Positions 8,215 to 17,714 are shown, counted from the stretch's first letter. The stretch is DNA of 30,215 nt from Minisyncoccota bacterium (GCA_028703995.1 JAQVLU010000001.1:1-30215); one strand, 5' to 3'. Notes: generated from the sequence alone by a model not told the origin. Made by a program: numbers and translations.

Positions 8215-9420
8215 CTAAATACTTTGTGCAACAGCATAACCTGTAGTAAAACACATTTGAAGGTTAAAACCTCCAGACTCACCGTTTAAATCAATTATTT
8301 CTCCGGCAAAATATAAATTTGCGACTAATTTTGATTTTAATGTTTTGGCATCGATTTCTTTTAAAAGTATTCCTCCCTTAGTTACCATTGCTTTTTCAAA
8401 ACCTAAAAGACCAACAACATTAAACTCAATATTTTTTATATTCTTAACTAATTTTTTTCTTTGTTCTTTATTAATATTTCGACAAATCTCATTTTTATCT
8501 ATTCCTGAAAAATTAATAATAACTGGCGCTAATTTTAAAGGAAGTCTTCCTATTAAAACATTGTTGATTGTTTTTTTAATGTTTTCATCAAACAATTCCA
8601 AAAGTTCTTTCTCTAAATCTTCAGACCTCTTTTTTGGAAAAAGATCTAAAAATATTTTATCTTTTGATTTTACTTTTTGACTTAAGTTTAAAATGAGTGG
8701 GCCACTCAATCCAAAATGAGTACAAAGAACATCTCCTCTAATTTCTTTTTCATTGTTTAATTTAACTCCTACGTCTTTTAGAGTTACTCCTTTCAAAACA
8801 CTAATCCACTTCTCTCTTATTTCTATTGGTGTTAAGGCAGGACTTAAAACGCTTACCTTGTGTCCCATTTTTTTAGAAAAAGCGTATCCGTTAAAGCTAG
8901 AAATATTGTTTGGATAAGATTTTCCTCCGGTAGCAATTAAAAAATTATCAGCAAAAATTTCTTCATTATCTGTTAATAAAACTTTTTCTATTTTTTTATT
9001 CTTAAAAAGAAAATCAGAAACTTCTTTATTTGTAATTACGGTTACTTTATTTTTCTTAAGTTCACTTTTAAAAAAGTTTAAAACGTCTTTTGAATTTTCT
9101 GACTTTGGATAAACCTTACCCTCTTCTACTTTTAAAGAAAAACCTCTTTTTTCAAAAAAATCTATAAGCTCCTCTGGTCCAAATAAAGACATTGAAGATA
9201 ATAAAAAATCCCCTTGTTTTCCAAATTTAGAAACAAATTCTTTTTTTGTTAGTCCTTTAGATGTAAGATTACATCTTCCTCCTCCAGTTAAAAGTAGTTT
9301 TTTTCCAATGTCTTCGTTCTTTTCAATAAGAACTACTTTCTTATTTCTTTCTCCTGAAGCGATAGCGGCCATTATGCCCGCTGGACCCCCTCCTATAATA
9401 CATAAATCATATTTAAGCAT
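8215..9420 (-). CDS. HI0933/BaiN/YhiN family FAD-dependent oxidoreductase
   Basis: Motifs IIGGGPAG, GKKLLLTGGGRCNLT, ATGGKSYP, THFGLSGP, AMVTKGG and GEIIDLNGESGGFNLQ. Preferred start is the ATG at 9420. Confidence 0.9.
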   Translation of the reverse strand: MLKYDLCIIGGGPAGIMAAIASGERNKKVVLIEKNEDIGKKLLLTGGGRCNLTSKGLTKKEFVSKFGKQGDFLLSSMSLFGPEELIDFFEKRGFSLKVEEGKVYPKSENSKDVLNFFKSELKKNKVTVITNKEVSDFLFKNKKIEKVLLTDNEEIFADNFLIATGGKSYPNNISSFNGYAFSKKMGHKVSVLSPALTPIEIREKWISVLKGVTLKDVGVKLNNEKEIRGDVLCTHFGLSGPLILNLSQKVKSKDKIFLDLFPKKRSEDLEKELLELFDENIKKTINNVLIGRLPLKLAPVIINFSGIDKNEICRNINKEQRKKLVKNIKNIEFNVVGLLGFEKAMVTKGGILLKEIDAKTLKSKLVANLYFAGEIIDLNGESGGFNLQMCFTTGYAVAQSI

Positions 9421-10480
9421 TGCTTTTAATTTCAATGACGTCTCCGTCTTTAACTACATATTCTTTCCCTTCTGTTCTAATAAGACCTTTTAATCTTGCT
9501 TCTCCGTATGTTTTAGAATTGTAAAGCTCCTCCCAATTAATAACATCTGCTTTTATAAAACTATCTTTAAAGTCAGTATGAATTACTCCTCCAGCATCAG
9601 GAGCTAAACTTCCATTTTTAAGAGTCCATGCCCTAGTCTCGTCTTCTCCTGTGGTCAAAAAAGTAATTAATCCTAAAACTTTATAACATTCTTCAATCAA
9701 ATAATCTAATTTAGAATCTTTTATCTGAAGTTCTTTTCTCTCTTCTTCACTTAATCCTTCAGCATCTATTTCTTCTTTTATATTAATAATAATATATTCC
9801 CAATTATTTTTTTCAAACTCTTTTTTCATTTCTAGAGAAACATCTTCTTCATTTCCGTTTAAAAGATAAACTCTTTTTTTGTAAGTTAATAATTGATATT
9901 GTTTCAATAAATTATCTTCCTCCTCTTTAAAATCGTAATCAATTAAGACTTTTCCTTGTTCTAAAATCCCTTTTATTTTATTTAATAATTCTGCTTCTTT
10001 TTCGTCTTCTTTTTTAACTAAAGATTTCATCTTTTTGTTCACTGTTTCGATTCTTTTTTCAATTGTCATCAAATCCTTTAAAGCCATTTCCATATCTAGA
10101 ATCTCTTTGTCTGAAATTGGATCTATTTTAGGCCTTACATTCAAAACGTTATTATCATTGAAGCATCTTAAGACATAAAGAATCGCATCCACTTCCCTAA
10201 TGTTAGCTAAAAATTGATTTCCTAACCCTTCCCCCTTGTTTGCTCCTTCAACGAGTCCAGCAATATCAACAAACTCTATTGTCGTATAGATTCTTTTTTT
10301 TGAATTCATTAAATCAGCCAAAAGATCTACTCTTCTATCCGGAACAGTTACTACTCCAACGTTAGGATCAATCGTACAGAATGGATAATTAGCACAATCA
10401 ACCTGTTTTTTGGTAATCGCTTTGAATAAGGTAGATTTTCCTACATTTGGAAATCCAACAATACCTATATGTAATGACAT
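9413..10480 (-). CDS. ychF: Ribosome-binding Obg-like ATPase YchF
   Basis: Motifs GIVGFPNVGKST, NYPFCTIDPN, DIAGLV, GEGLGNQFLANIRE, AGGVIHTDF and EGKEYVVKDGDVI. Confidence 0.95.
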   Translation of the reverse strand: MSLHIGIVGFPNVGKSTLFKAITKKQVDCANYPFCTIDPNVGVVTVPDRRVDLLADLMNSKKRIYTTIEFVDIAGLVEGANKGEGLGNQFLANIREVDAILYVLRCFNDNNVLNVRPKIDPISDKEILDMEMALKDLMTIEKRIETVNKKMKSLVKKEDEKEAELLNKIKGILEQGKVLIDYDFKEEEDNLLKQYQLLTYKKRVYLLNGNEEDVSLEMKKEFEKNNWEYIIINIKEEIDAEGLSEEERKELQIKDSKLDYLIEECYKVLGLITFLTTGEDETRAWTLKNGSLAPDAGGVIHTDFKDSFIKADVINWEELYNSKTYGEARLKGLIRTEGKEYVVKDGDVIEIKSNA

Positions 10481-10531
10481 AAATCTTTAATTATTATTAT
10501 AGAAACACTCTAACTTTTAAAAAAGCAAAAG

Positions 10532-11362
10532 TCAATTAATAATTAAGCTAATTTCTTCTTTCAGTTTATTTAAATAGTTTCTATTAACTTTACTTTCTAA
10601 TGTTTTAATTTTTTCTTCAGTCAAGTTATTAATTAATAAAACATTTTCTTCAGCAAAAAGCTGGAGATAGTTTTTATTAAAAGAAGGCAAAATTGTTATT
10701 GGATACAAATTGTTATTACTAATAATAGTTTCTAGACCCTCCTTCTCTGGATAATTCCAACCAAGTATTTTAATATTTTTACACTTAGCATAACGAATAG
10801 CTTTTTCCGTAAATTTTTCGTTAGTAACTACCATTGTCTTGATCTCACAATTTAAATTATTACTTTTGATATCATCAAGAACCGCAAAACTTTTAAGCAA
10901 AACATTAACATCAATTCTTTCCCCTGTTCCATTTCTGTATTTACACTCTCCTAAATGTTTTGTTGTTTTTGTTTTAACAAGAAAATCAATTTCATAAGAA
11001 ATACATTTCCCTTGTATGATTCTATTATTAGTTACTTCGTAGCCTAATTTTTGAAGAATTTCTTTAATGAATTTTTCAAAAACAAAACCTTCTGGTCCTA
11101 ATCTTTTAATGGCGTACTTTAAATCAAACCTTAAGGAAGAGACTTCTTTTTCTTTCTCTAAATATTTCTTAGCTATTTTGTAAATTTCAAAGGTGGAAAT
11201 ATTCGGACGAACTTTTTTTCTAATAATATCAGTAATTTTTTGAGCAATAATTTCGCTCGCTCCGGCTCTTAACATAGACTGATAAACTTTTTCTGAAGAA
11301 AATGGCTCTGTTTCGCCTAGAGAATTAATAATATTTATTTTATCTATTGTCTCCATCTCCAT
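10532..11362 (-). CDS. ATP-cone domain fused to an Mrr-like PD-(D/E)xK restriction endonuclease domain
   Basis: N-terminal ETEPFSSEKVYQSMLRAGA...ISTFEIY is ATP-cone-like. The C-terminal part has GFVFEKF, EIDF...GECK, VVTNEKFTEKAIRYA and LGWNYP. The start may be 11356. Confidence 0.78.
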   Translation of the reverse strand: MEMETIDKINIINSLGETEPFSSEKVYQSMLRAGASEIIAQKITDIIRKKVRPNISTFEIYKIAKKYLEKEKEVSSLRFDLKYAIKRLGPEGFVFEKFIKEILQKLGYEVTNNRIIQGKCISYEIDFLVKTKTTKHLGECKYRNGTGERIDVNVLLKSFAVLDDIKSNNLNCEIKTMVVTNEKFTEKAIRYAKCKNIKILGWNYPEKEGLETIISNNNLYPITILPSFNKNYLQLFAEENVLLINNLTEEKIKTLESKVNRNYLNKLKEEISLIIN

Positions 11363-11669
11363 GAACCTTATCTCTTTCTAATCTTGAATAAAGTTTAGCA
11401 AGATTGCCTTCAGCAACATCCTCAAGAGTTAAACCAAGCTCTTTTGATAAATTGGCAATATACCAAAGAACATCACCTAATTCTTTTTTGATTTCTTCTC
11501 TTTTCTCTTCGGTAACCACACCATCATTATCTCTAATAACTTTTTTTATCTTTTCTGCCACTTCTCCTGTCTCTCCAGCAAGTCCTAGTGTTGGATAAAT
11601 AAAATTACTACCTACGTTTGGATAAATCGCTGTAGCTCTAGCTTTTTCTTGGTATTCGTTTAAGTTCAT
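11340..11669 (-). CDS. MazG-like nucleoside triphosphate pyrophosphohydrolase (single domain)
   Basis: LGLAGETGEVAEKIKK...ELGDVLWYIANL carries the ExxE...ExxD metal-binding motif; ends in KLYSR...GDGDNR. Confidence 0.9.
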   Translation of the reverse strand: MNLNEYQEKARATAIYPNVGSNFIYPTLGLAGETGEVAEKIKKVIRDNDGVVTEEKREEIKKELGDVLWYIANLSKELGLTLEDVAEGNLAKLYSRLERDKVHGDGDNR

Positions 11670-12996
11670 GTTTTTTATTTTTTATTTTTTTATTCTTCTT
11701 ATCTTTTTTACTAATAATATATAACAATAATAATGCTAAAATTGTTATTCCGTAACCAACAATTATCTCGGCCATTATCTTAAAATCTAATTTACTATCA
11801 ACAATTAAAATGATCTTTTTGTTTTCTTTGCTTAAATTATTGTCCTTAATTGCAATCAAATTTAAATCATATAAGCCTGGTTTTAAATCCTCTAAATAGT
11901 AAACGAACTGACCATCAGAAGAAGTTTCTAAAACTTCTTGTTTAAAAAAATCTTCTCCATTAATAGAGGTTATCACTTTCGTATCTTCCGATTCAATATA
12001 TCCAAAAATATAAACATTATTTTTTTCTAAAACAGCTCCCGAAAATTGTGGAGAAGAAACCCCTTCTACTTTAAATGAAATTTCTTTTTCAATATAATTT
12101 TTAGCTTTATCGTAAGCTCTTAAAATAACTTTATAAGTTCCCGCTTCTAAAAAAGAAAAATCAAAACTTTCAGAAGTTAAATATTTTTCATCAGTTGAAG
12201 GAATATATATTTCATAAGATAAGTCATCGTTTTTTTCAAATTCTATAATGTTTTTTTGTATAGAAAAATTAAAATCTTCTGGTTTTTTTGTATCAATCAT
12301 TATTCTTTTATTTTCAATTTCGCTCCAACCATCTTTATTAAAACACCTTATATGAAAATAAAAAATTCCATCATCAAGCTCAATCTCCTTCTCATTTATT
12401 ATTGGCTCGGTATACTCTACCGAAGGATAAGAGAATTCGTTCTCGTCTATTAATATCTTAATTTTTGAAGCATCTTTAGGAACCGTCCAATTAAGTCTAA
12501 CTTTACTTTCATTATAAAAAACATCTGAATCGGGATGAGTTGATGATTCAATATTAAAAAGACTTTCGCTAAAAGAGTTAATTCCTTCTAAAGAATAAAG
12601 CTCATCTTCGGCAAGAATCGTTCCAGAGTTCAAGTCTAAATTAAAATCAGCATTATTGTTTTTCTTAAAAACTAAACTAAAGATACTATTATCTAAAAGG
12701 GAATCAAAAACTCCACTAAAATAAATCTGATTTTCTTCGTATAAAAAAGGCTCTTTGATCCATTTATCAAAAGAAGAGTTGAAGCCTAAAAACTCAAAAG
12801 AGTTAGAATCAAACGAAAGAACTCCTTCAATGGCTTTAATAATTAAATCTTTGTTATCTAAACTAATTTCTACTTTAAAAGTTTCTCCCAAATTGACTTC
12901 CTTTGGCGGTTCATAATTTAAGGAAAAAGCGCTTGCTTTTAATAAAGGAAGAAATATTAAAGCTAATAATAAAAGGATAAGGTTTTTCTTTTTCAT
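11638..12996 (-). CDS. Secreted surface protein with a cohesin-like N-terminal domain, Ig-like beta domains and a C-terminal TM anchor
   Basis: Signal peptide (ASA-F), EVNLGETFKVEISLD...AIEGVLSFD, SSTHPD...NW, DGIFYFHIR, a C-terminal hydrophobic helix and a Lys-rich tail. Confidence 0.6.
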   Translation of the reverse strand: MKKKNLILLLLALIFLPLLKASAFSLNYEPPKEVNLGETFKVEISLDNKDLIIKAIEGVLSFDSNSFEFLGFNSSFDKWIKEPFLYEENQIYFSGVFDSLLDNSIFSLVFKKNNNADFNLDLNSGTILAEDELYSLEGINSFSESLFNIESSTHPDSDVFYNESKVRLNWTVPKDASKIKILIDENEFSYPSVEYTEPIINEKEIELDDGIFYFHIRCFNKDGWSEIENKRIMIDTKKPEDFNFSIQKNIIEFEKNDDLSYEIYIPSTDEKYLTSESFDFSFLEAGTYKVILRAYDKAKNYIEKEISFKVEGVSSPQFSGAVLEKNNVYIFGYIESEDTKVITSINGEDFFKQEVLETSSDGQFVYYLEDLKPGLYDLNLIAIKDNNLSKENKKIILIVDSKLDFKIMAEIIVGYGITILALLLLYIISKKDKKNKKIKNKKHELKRIPRKS

Positions 12997-12997
12997 A

Positions 12998-14158
12998 TTA
13001 TTTAAATTTAAAATAATTTAATTTTCCAACTTTAAGAATGGTTTCTTTTTTTATGGTTTTTATTTCTAAATTAATATCAAATATTTTTTCTCCATCAATA
13101 GAAACAGCTCCTGCTTCAAACAATTTTCTTACTTCGCTTTTTGATTTTTTGAGAAGATTGGCAATTAACTCTACTAGATTCTTTTCAGAACTTATTTCAA
13201 CCTCTATATAATCAATGTCTTCCAACTTTCTTTTTTGAAACTTATTTTCAAAATCTTTTTGGGCTTTCTCAGCTTCTTCTTTAGAAGTATATGTTTCAGT
13301 TATATTAAAAGCAATTTTCTTTTTAATGTTAATTGGATTCTCACCTTTTTTTAACAAATTAAAACAATTTTGTTTTTCTTCTTCAGAGAAAGAAGTCGCT
13401 AGTTTTAAATACTCTTCAATAAGATCATCTTTAATAGACATTGTTTTTCCATAAATATCATTAGAGCTATCGGTCAATCCAATGTAGTTTTTTAAAGATT
13501 TACTCATTTTTTGAACCCCATCAAGACCTCTCAAGAGAGGCACGCAAACAGCGACCTGAGGTTCTTGTCCATATTTTTCTTGCAAATATCTTCCAATTAA
13601 AAGATTAAATAATTGATCTTGTCCTCCGATTTCAACATCAGCCTTTATTTTAACAGAATCGTACCCTTGGATTAAAGGATAAATAATCTCGTGTAAAGAA
13701 ATAGGAACTCCTTTTTCAAAACGATCATGAAAGTCATTCCTTTCCATTATTTGTTGCACTGTGTATTTAGAAAGAAGAGAAATGAACTCATTAAAATCCA
13801 TAACAGAAAGCCACTCAGAGTTTCTTCTAACCTCTATTTTTTCAATATCTAAAATCTTTCCCAATTGATTGATATATGTTTTTGAGTTTTTTTCTATTTC
13901 CTCCGCTGATAGTGTTGGTCTTGTTTTATCTTTGCCAGAAGGATCTCCTATTAAAGCCGTATAATCACCGATAATGATTATAATTTTATGCCCTAAATCT
14001 TGGAACTCTTTTAATTTGCGAATAGCGACTGCGTGTCCTAAATGTAAATCTGGAGAAGTAGGATCAAATCCCATTTTAATATTTAAGACTTTCCCACTAT
14101 TTATTTTTTTAATAAGTTCCCCTTCTGGTAAATTAATTTCAATATTTTCTAATATCAT
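12998..14158 (-). CDS. tyrS: Tyrosine--tRNA ligase
   Basis: Motifs GFDPTSPDLHLGH (HIGH), YPLIQGYD, GGQDQLFN and KMSKS, plus a C-terminal S4-like domain. Confidence 0.96.
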   Translation of the reverse strand: MILENIEINLPEGELIKKINSGKVLNIKMGFDPTSPDLHLGHAVAIRKLKEFQDLGHKIIIIIGDYTALIGDPSGKDKTRPTLSAEEIEKNSKTYINQLGKILDIEKIEVRRNSEWLSVMDFNEFISLLSKYTVQQIMERNDFHDRFEKGVPISLHEIIYPLIQGYDSVKIKADVEIGGQDQLFNLLIGRYLQEKYGQEPQVAVCVPLLRGLDGVQKMSKSLKNYIGLTDSSNDIYGKTMSIKDDLIEEYLKLATSFSEEEKQNCFNLLKKGENPINIKKKIAFNITETYTSKEEAEKAQKDFENKFQKRKLEDIDYIEVEISSEKNLVELIANLLKKSKSEVRKLFEAGAVSIDGEKIFDINLEIKTIKKETILKVGKLNYFKFK

Positions 14159-14164
14159 ATTCCT

Positions 14165-14173
14165 ATATTAGCA
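14165..14173 (-). promoter_or_regulatory. Putative extended -10 promoter of tyrS
   Basis: Minus strand TG-C-TAATAT ends 6 nt before the ATG at 14158. Confidence 0.4.
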
Positions 14174-14199
14174 TAAAAATTTATTTTGTAGAAGATTTT

Positions 14200-15489
14200 C
14201 TAAGTAATTATTTTTAAGGTTTTTTCCATTCTTCTAATGTCAGCTAATAGTTTTGATCTATCTTGATTAAACAAAACAAGATTGCAAACAAATTTTCCTC
14301 CATTTTTAGCGAACTTGCAAACATCTCCTATTTTTTTATTAATTTTAATTTCTTTGAAAGATTCTAATTCTTGCACTTTTTTGACTCCCTTAATTGCTTT
14401 TAATCTTCCTTCTTTTTTAGCATAAAAAAGAAAAACTGCTGTGTGCCCTTTTACCTTTCTTGGAATAATTGGCTTTTGAGGAATTCTAATTAAGACATCA
14501 TTGAGAGCATGATTAATTCCATAAGACAATTGATACATAAGATGCCTATATCCACCCATTCTTGGACCAATCTCTATAACCTTCCAACCATCTTCAAGCC
14601 TCATAAGCTCTATGTGAACAGTTACGCTTCTTAATCCTAAAGCGTGAACTCCTTTTTTTGCTACTTCTTGCGCTTTTTCGCTAGAACTTTTTTTAATATT
14701 CGCAGGTAAGATTCTTTGATAACCAAAAAAATCATCAAAACCAATTTGTTTCCCTGTTTTAACTTTTACTAATGGACAAAAATATACTTTTCCCTTAGAG
14801 CTTACGTAGCCATCGATTGAAAACATCTCTCCTTCCATAAACTGCTCTACTAAAAGTTCGGGCTCTTTCTTTCGATCATTTTCTTTATATATCTTTCTAA
14901 TCACTTTAAAAGATTCTTCTAAAGTTTGTTCCAATTCTTCTTCGTAATAGCAAACAGAGATCAAAAGACTTGAAGCTAAACCCGATGGTTTTACGACAAG
15001 TGGAAAGCCTACTTTTTCTTTTACATTTTTAATAGTTTCTTTAGAAAAATTTTTAACAATAGAAAATTTTGGCGTAATTTTTTTATCATAAGCATTAAAT
15101 CTTTTTCTCATCATTGTTTTCTGAATTGCCCAATCAAGTGATTCTGAGGTTGGAGTTCTTAAATAAGGAACATTCGGCACTAGCTTTGAGAATGAATCAA
15201 TATTTATTTCACTGCGGCAAGTAACTGCCAAAATTTCATTTTGATAAGGAAGTAATGCTTTTTGAATTTTTATTGGATCTGAGAAATCACAAGATAAATA
15301 AATTATATCACTCGCATACTCTTTAGCTTCTCCAATTTCAATTCTTCTTGTGTCACGAATAATTGCTAACCTAAAACTCTTTTTATTTTTCTTTCCGTAT
15401 TCATTAAGATCCTTTCTCATAACCTCTGGATCATCTGGAATATCGTTTACAAAAAGAATTATATCTGGTTCTTTTTTTATTGGTGTCAT
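14200..15489 (-). CDS. ATP-grasp domain ligase (L-amino-acid-ligase-like), substrate unknown
   Basis: Motifs K..MR..F, FPLVVKP, LLVEQFMEG, HIEL and VIEIGPRMGG. Confidence 0.8.
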   Translation of the reverse strand: MTPIKKEPDIILFVNDIPDDPEVMRKDLNEYGKKNKKSFRLAIIRDTRRIEIGEAKEYASDIIYLSCDFSDPIKIQKALLPYQNEILAVTCRSEINIDSFSKLVPNVPYLRTPTSESLDWAIQKTMMRKRFNAYDKKITPKFSIVKNFSKETIKNVKEKVGFPLVVKPSGLASSLLISVCYYEEELEQTLEESFKVIRKIYKENDRKKEPELLVEQFMEGEMFSIDGYVSSKGKVYFCPLVKVKTGKQIGFDDFFGYQRILPANIKKSSSEKAQEVAKKGVHALGLRSVTVHIELMRLEDGWKVIEIGPRMGGYRHLMYQLSYGINHALNDVLIRIPQKPIIPRKVKGHTAVFLFYAKKEGRLKAIKGVKKVQELESFKEIKINKKIGDVCKFAKNGGKFVCNLVLFNQDRSKLLADIRRMEKTLKIIT

Positions 15490-15559
15490 GTCTAAAATTT
15501 ATATTTAATAATACTTCAAAAGTATACTAGATATAAAAATAAATTCAAGTCTTTTTTGC

Positions 15560-15593
15560 AAAAATTAAAACACTTAAAAAAGTGTCTTAATTT
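15560..15593 (-). terminator. Intrinsic terminator hairpin downstream of SIMPL copy 2
   Basis: 14-bp inverted repeat (15562-15575 and 15580-15593) with a 4-nt loop. The single mismatch is a G-U pair on the minus-strand RNA, and the 3' arm is U-rich. Confidence 0.6.
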
Positions 15594-15603
15594 ATTAGTT
15601 ATC

Positions 15604-16326
15604 TTATTTTAATACAAAGTTAGCTTTAACGGTAATCATGATTTCTTTCTTAACTGTTGAGGTATCATAAGTACCATAGCTTGAAATATCAGTTGAATCT
15701 GGTTGCATAACTTGTACTACCCCCATGTCCGCGCTCTTAAGAGTTCCTACTTTTCTATCAGTACTAGCGGCAATGGCTTCGGCTCTTTTTTGAGCATCTT
15801 TTACTGCTTCTGGTAAAAGATTAATTCTTTCTTCTGGAAGTTTTGTATAATAATATTCTGGTGAATTAGTTTGATAAATAACATCTAACTTAATAAGATC
15901 GTTTGCTTTTTGTGACAAGCTTTTTACCTTTTCAATATCAGTTGAAGTAATAATCACTTCTTGAGTCAAATTATATTGTTTCTCTTCGTAAGAGCTTTTA
16001 TTATAATTATACTCTTCATACATTCTAATTGGAGAAAGAATATATTCTTCTTCGGTTATATTATTATTTTTTAAAAATTCAACAACTTTTGCTTCGTCTT
16101 GGGCCATTAAAGTGTATCCTTCTTTTAATTTATCTTCAAAAACAACTCTTGAAAAATTAGAAGTCAATTTTGCTAAATCTGAATCAACAACTTTTATAGC
16201 TGAACCAGTAGTTGAAAGTGTGTTATCCAAATTTTGTATCTTAAAAAGATTATTTGAATAGATTAATACAGAAGCCATTAAAGCAATTGAAAGTATTACG
16301 GATGAAATGATTATTGTTTTTTTCAT
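15604..16326 (-). CDS. SIMPL domain protein (DUF541), copy 2, different subfamily from copies 1 and 3
   Basis: TM anchor, LSTTGSAIKVVDSDLA, EAVKDAQKRAEAIA, LKSADMGVVQV and KEIMITVKANF. Confidence 0.8.
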   Translation of the reverse strand: MKKTIIISSVILSIALMASVLIYSNNLFKIQNLDNTLSTTGSAIKVVDSDLAKLTSNFSRVVFEDKLKEGYTLMAQDEAKVVEFLKNNNITEEEYILSPIRMYEEYNYNKSSYEEKQYNLTQEVIITSTDIEKVKSLSQKANDLIKLDVIYQTNSPEYYYTKLPEERINLLPEAVKDAQKRAEAIAASTDRKVGTLKSADMGVVQVMQPDSTDISSYGTYDTSTVKKEIMITVKANFVLK

Positions 16327-16363
16327 ACTTGTTTAAATTTAACTTTTCTCTTTCTTTATTGTA

Positions 16364-17680
16364 TCAAAGTAAATAGGTTTTTTCAAGCTCGGCAAGAGTA
16401 GTTTCTGCCGAATCCTTCAACTCTTCCTTTAGCGCTAAAGCCCTTTCAATTTCTCCGTGATTAATAAAAATTCTTTTAGGTTTCATATTCAAAACCCATT
16501 TTTTAATTTTTACTGAATCAGCATGAGAAGAGAAAGAATCAATCTTTTCAACTTCAGCTAGAATAGGAACCCGAACTTCATTAATAAAAATATCTTCTTT
16601 GTTTTCTATCTTTCTTCCAACCGTTCCTTCGGCCTGATAAGAGTTTAGAAGAATGACATTATTTTTGTCTTTTCCATATTGTTTTATATAAAAAGGTATT
16701 CTTCCCCCAGAACACATTCCTGAACCAGCAATAATTATTTTAGGAACTGAGGCTTTTAATATTTTAAAAGAATCTTTTACGTCTTTTGTTTCTTTAAAGC
16801 CTTTAAAGTCAAAAATATCATCCCCTCCATCAATAATCGATATAGACTCTTTGTCAAAAATATTTTTATACTCTTTATATATTTTTGTTGCTTTGATGGC
16901 AAGAGGGCTATCTAAAAAAATATTAATGTCTGAAATGTATTTATTTTCAACAAAATTATTAATTTCAAATAATAATTCTTGGGTTCTTTCTATACTAAAA
17001 CTAGGAATCAAAAGAACTGCTTTCCTTTGGATAACTTCTTTTATAATTAGTAAAAGCTTCTCTACTCCCTCTTCTCTTTTTTTATGAATTAATCCTCCAT
17101 AAGTAGATTCTACAAAAACAATGTCAGCAGAATCAATAAACTCAGTGTCTTTGACAATAGGAGCATTATCATTTCCTAAATCTCCTGAAAAAACTAATTT
17201 CTTTCCCTCGACAAAAACTTCAAAAATAGTTGAACCTAAAATATGTCCTGCATCTCTTAATTTAATTTTAATGTTTTTAAAATCAAACTCTTCCCCATAG
17301 TTAAAACAATTAAATAGTCTCATCAAACCTAAAACGTCTTCGTATTTATACAATCCTATTCTTTTGTCTTTTTCAAAAATACGGACAGAGTCGTAAAGAA
17401 TTATTTCCGCCAAATCTTTTGTTGCCTTAGTTGAAAAAACTTTCCCTGAAAAACCTTCTTTGTATAATTTGGGTAATCTTCCGGAATGATCTAAATGAGC
17501 ATGAGTTAATAAAACAAAGTCTATTTTTTTAGGATCAAAATTAAAATCTTTCATATTCTTCTCATAAGAATTCAATCCTTGAAACATTCCAAAATCAACT
17601 AAAAAATTTGCCTCCTTTGATTCTATAAGTATAGAGGAACCTGTGACCTCTCCTGCAGCTCCTAAAAAAGATATCTTCAT
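16364..17680 (-). CDS. Metallo-beta-lactamase / beta-CASP family ribonuclease
   Basis: Motifs GAAGEVTGS, THAHLDHSGRLP, AGHILGS, SGDLG, ESTYG, FSSHAD and HGE. Confidence 0.9.
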   Translation of the reverse strand: MKISFLGAAGEVTGSSILIESKEANFLVDFGMFQGLNSYEKNMKDFNFDPKKIDFVLLTHAHLDHSGRLPKLYKEGFSGKVFSTKATKDLAEIILYDSVRIFEKDKRIGLYKYEDVLGLMRLFNCFNYGEEFDFKNIKIKLRDAGHILGSTIFEVFVEGKKLVFSGDLGNDNAPIVKDTEFIDSADIVFVESTYGGLIHKKREEGVEKLLLIIKEVIQRKAVLLIPSFSIERTQELLFEINNFVENKYISDINIFLDSPLAIKATKIYKEYKNIFDKESISIIDGGDDIFDFKGFKETKDVKDSFKILKASVPKIIIAGSGMCSGGRIPFYIKQYGKDKNNVILLNSYQAEGTVGRKIENKEDIFINEVRVPILAEVEKIDSFSSHADSVKIKKWVLNMKPKRIFINHGEIERALALKEELKDSAETTLAELEKTYLL

Positions 17681-17686
17681 AATTAA

Positions 17687-17714
17687 ATTATAGCAAGTGT
17701 TGAAAGAATTGCAA
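17687..17714 (-). promoter_or_regulatory. Putative promoter of the beta-CASP gene
   Basis: Perfect extended -10 TGCTATAAT (17695-17687) and TTGCAA 16 nt upstream. The -10 ends 6 nt before the ATG at 17680. Confidence 0.6.

Noticed and set aside
10502-10535. Possible terminator between the ATP-cone gene and ychF
   Set aside because: Only a weak A/U-rich 6-bp stem (ACTTTT/AAAAGT). The TTGACT at 10535-10530 is 28 nt from the TATAAT, too far to be its -35.
10532-11362. Classical type II restriction-modification system
   Set aside because: No DNA methyltransferase gene lies in the window; the only methyltransferase has PrmC-specific motifs.
11665-11710. Repeated T5-6A runs as a phase-variable tract
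   Set aside because: They are explained by the Lys-rich cytoplasmic tail of the cohesin-like protein. Poly-A/T runs are common throughout and frames are intact.
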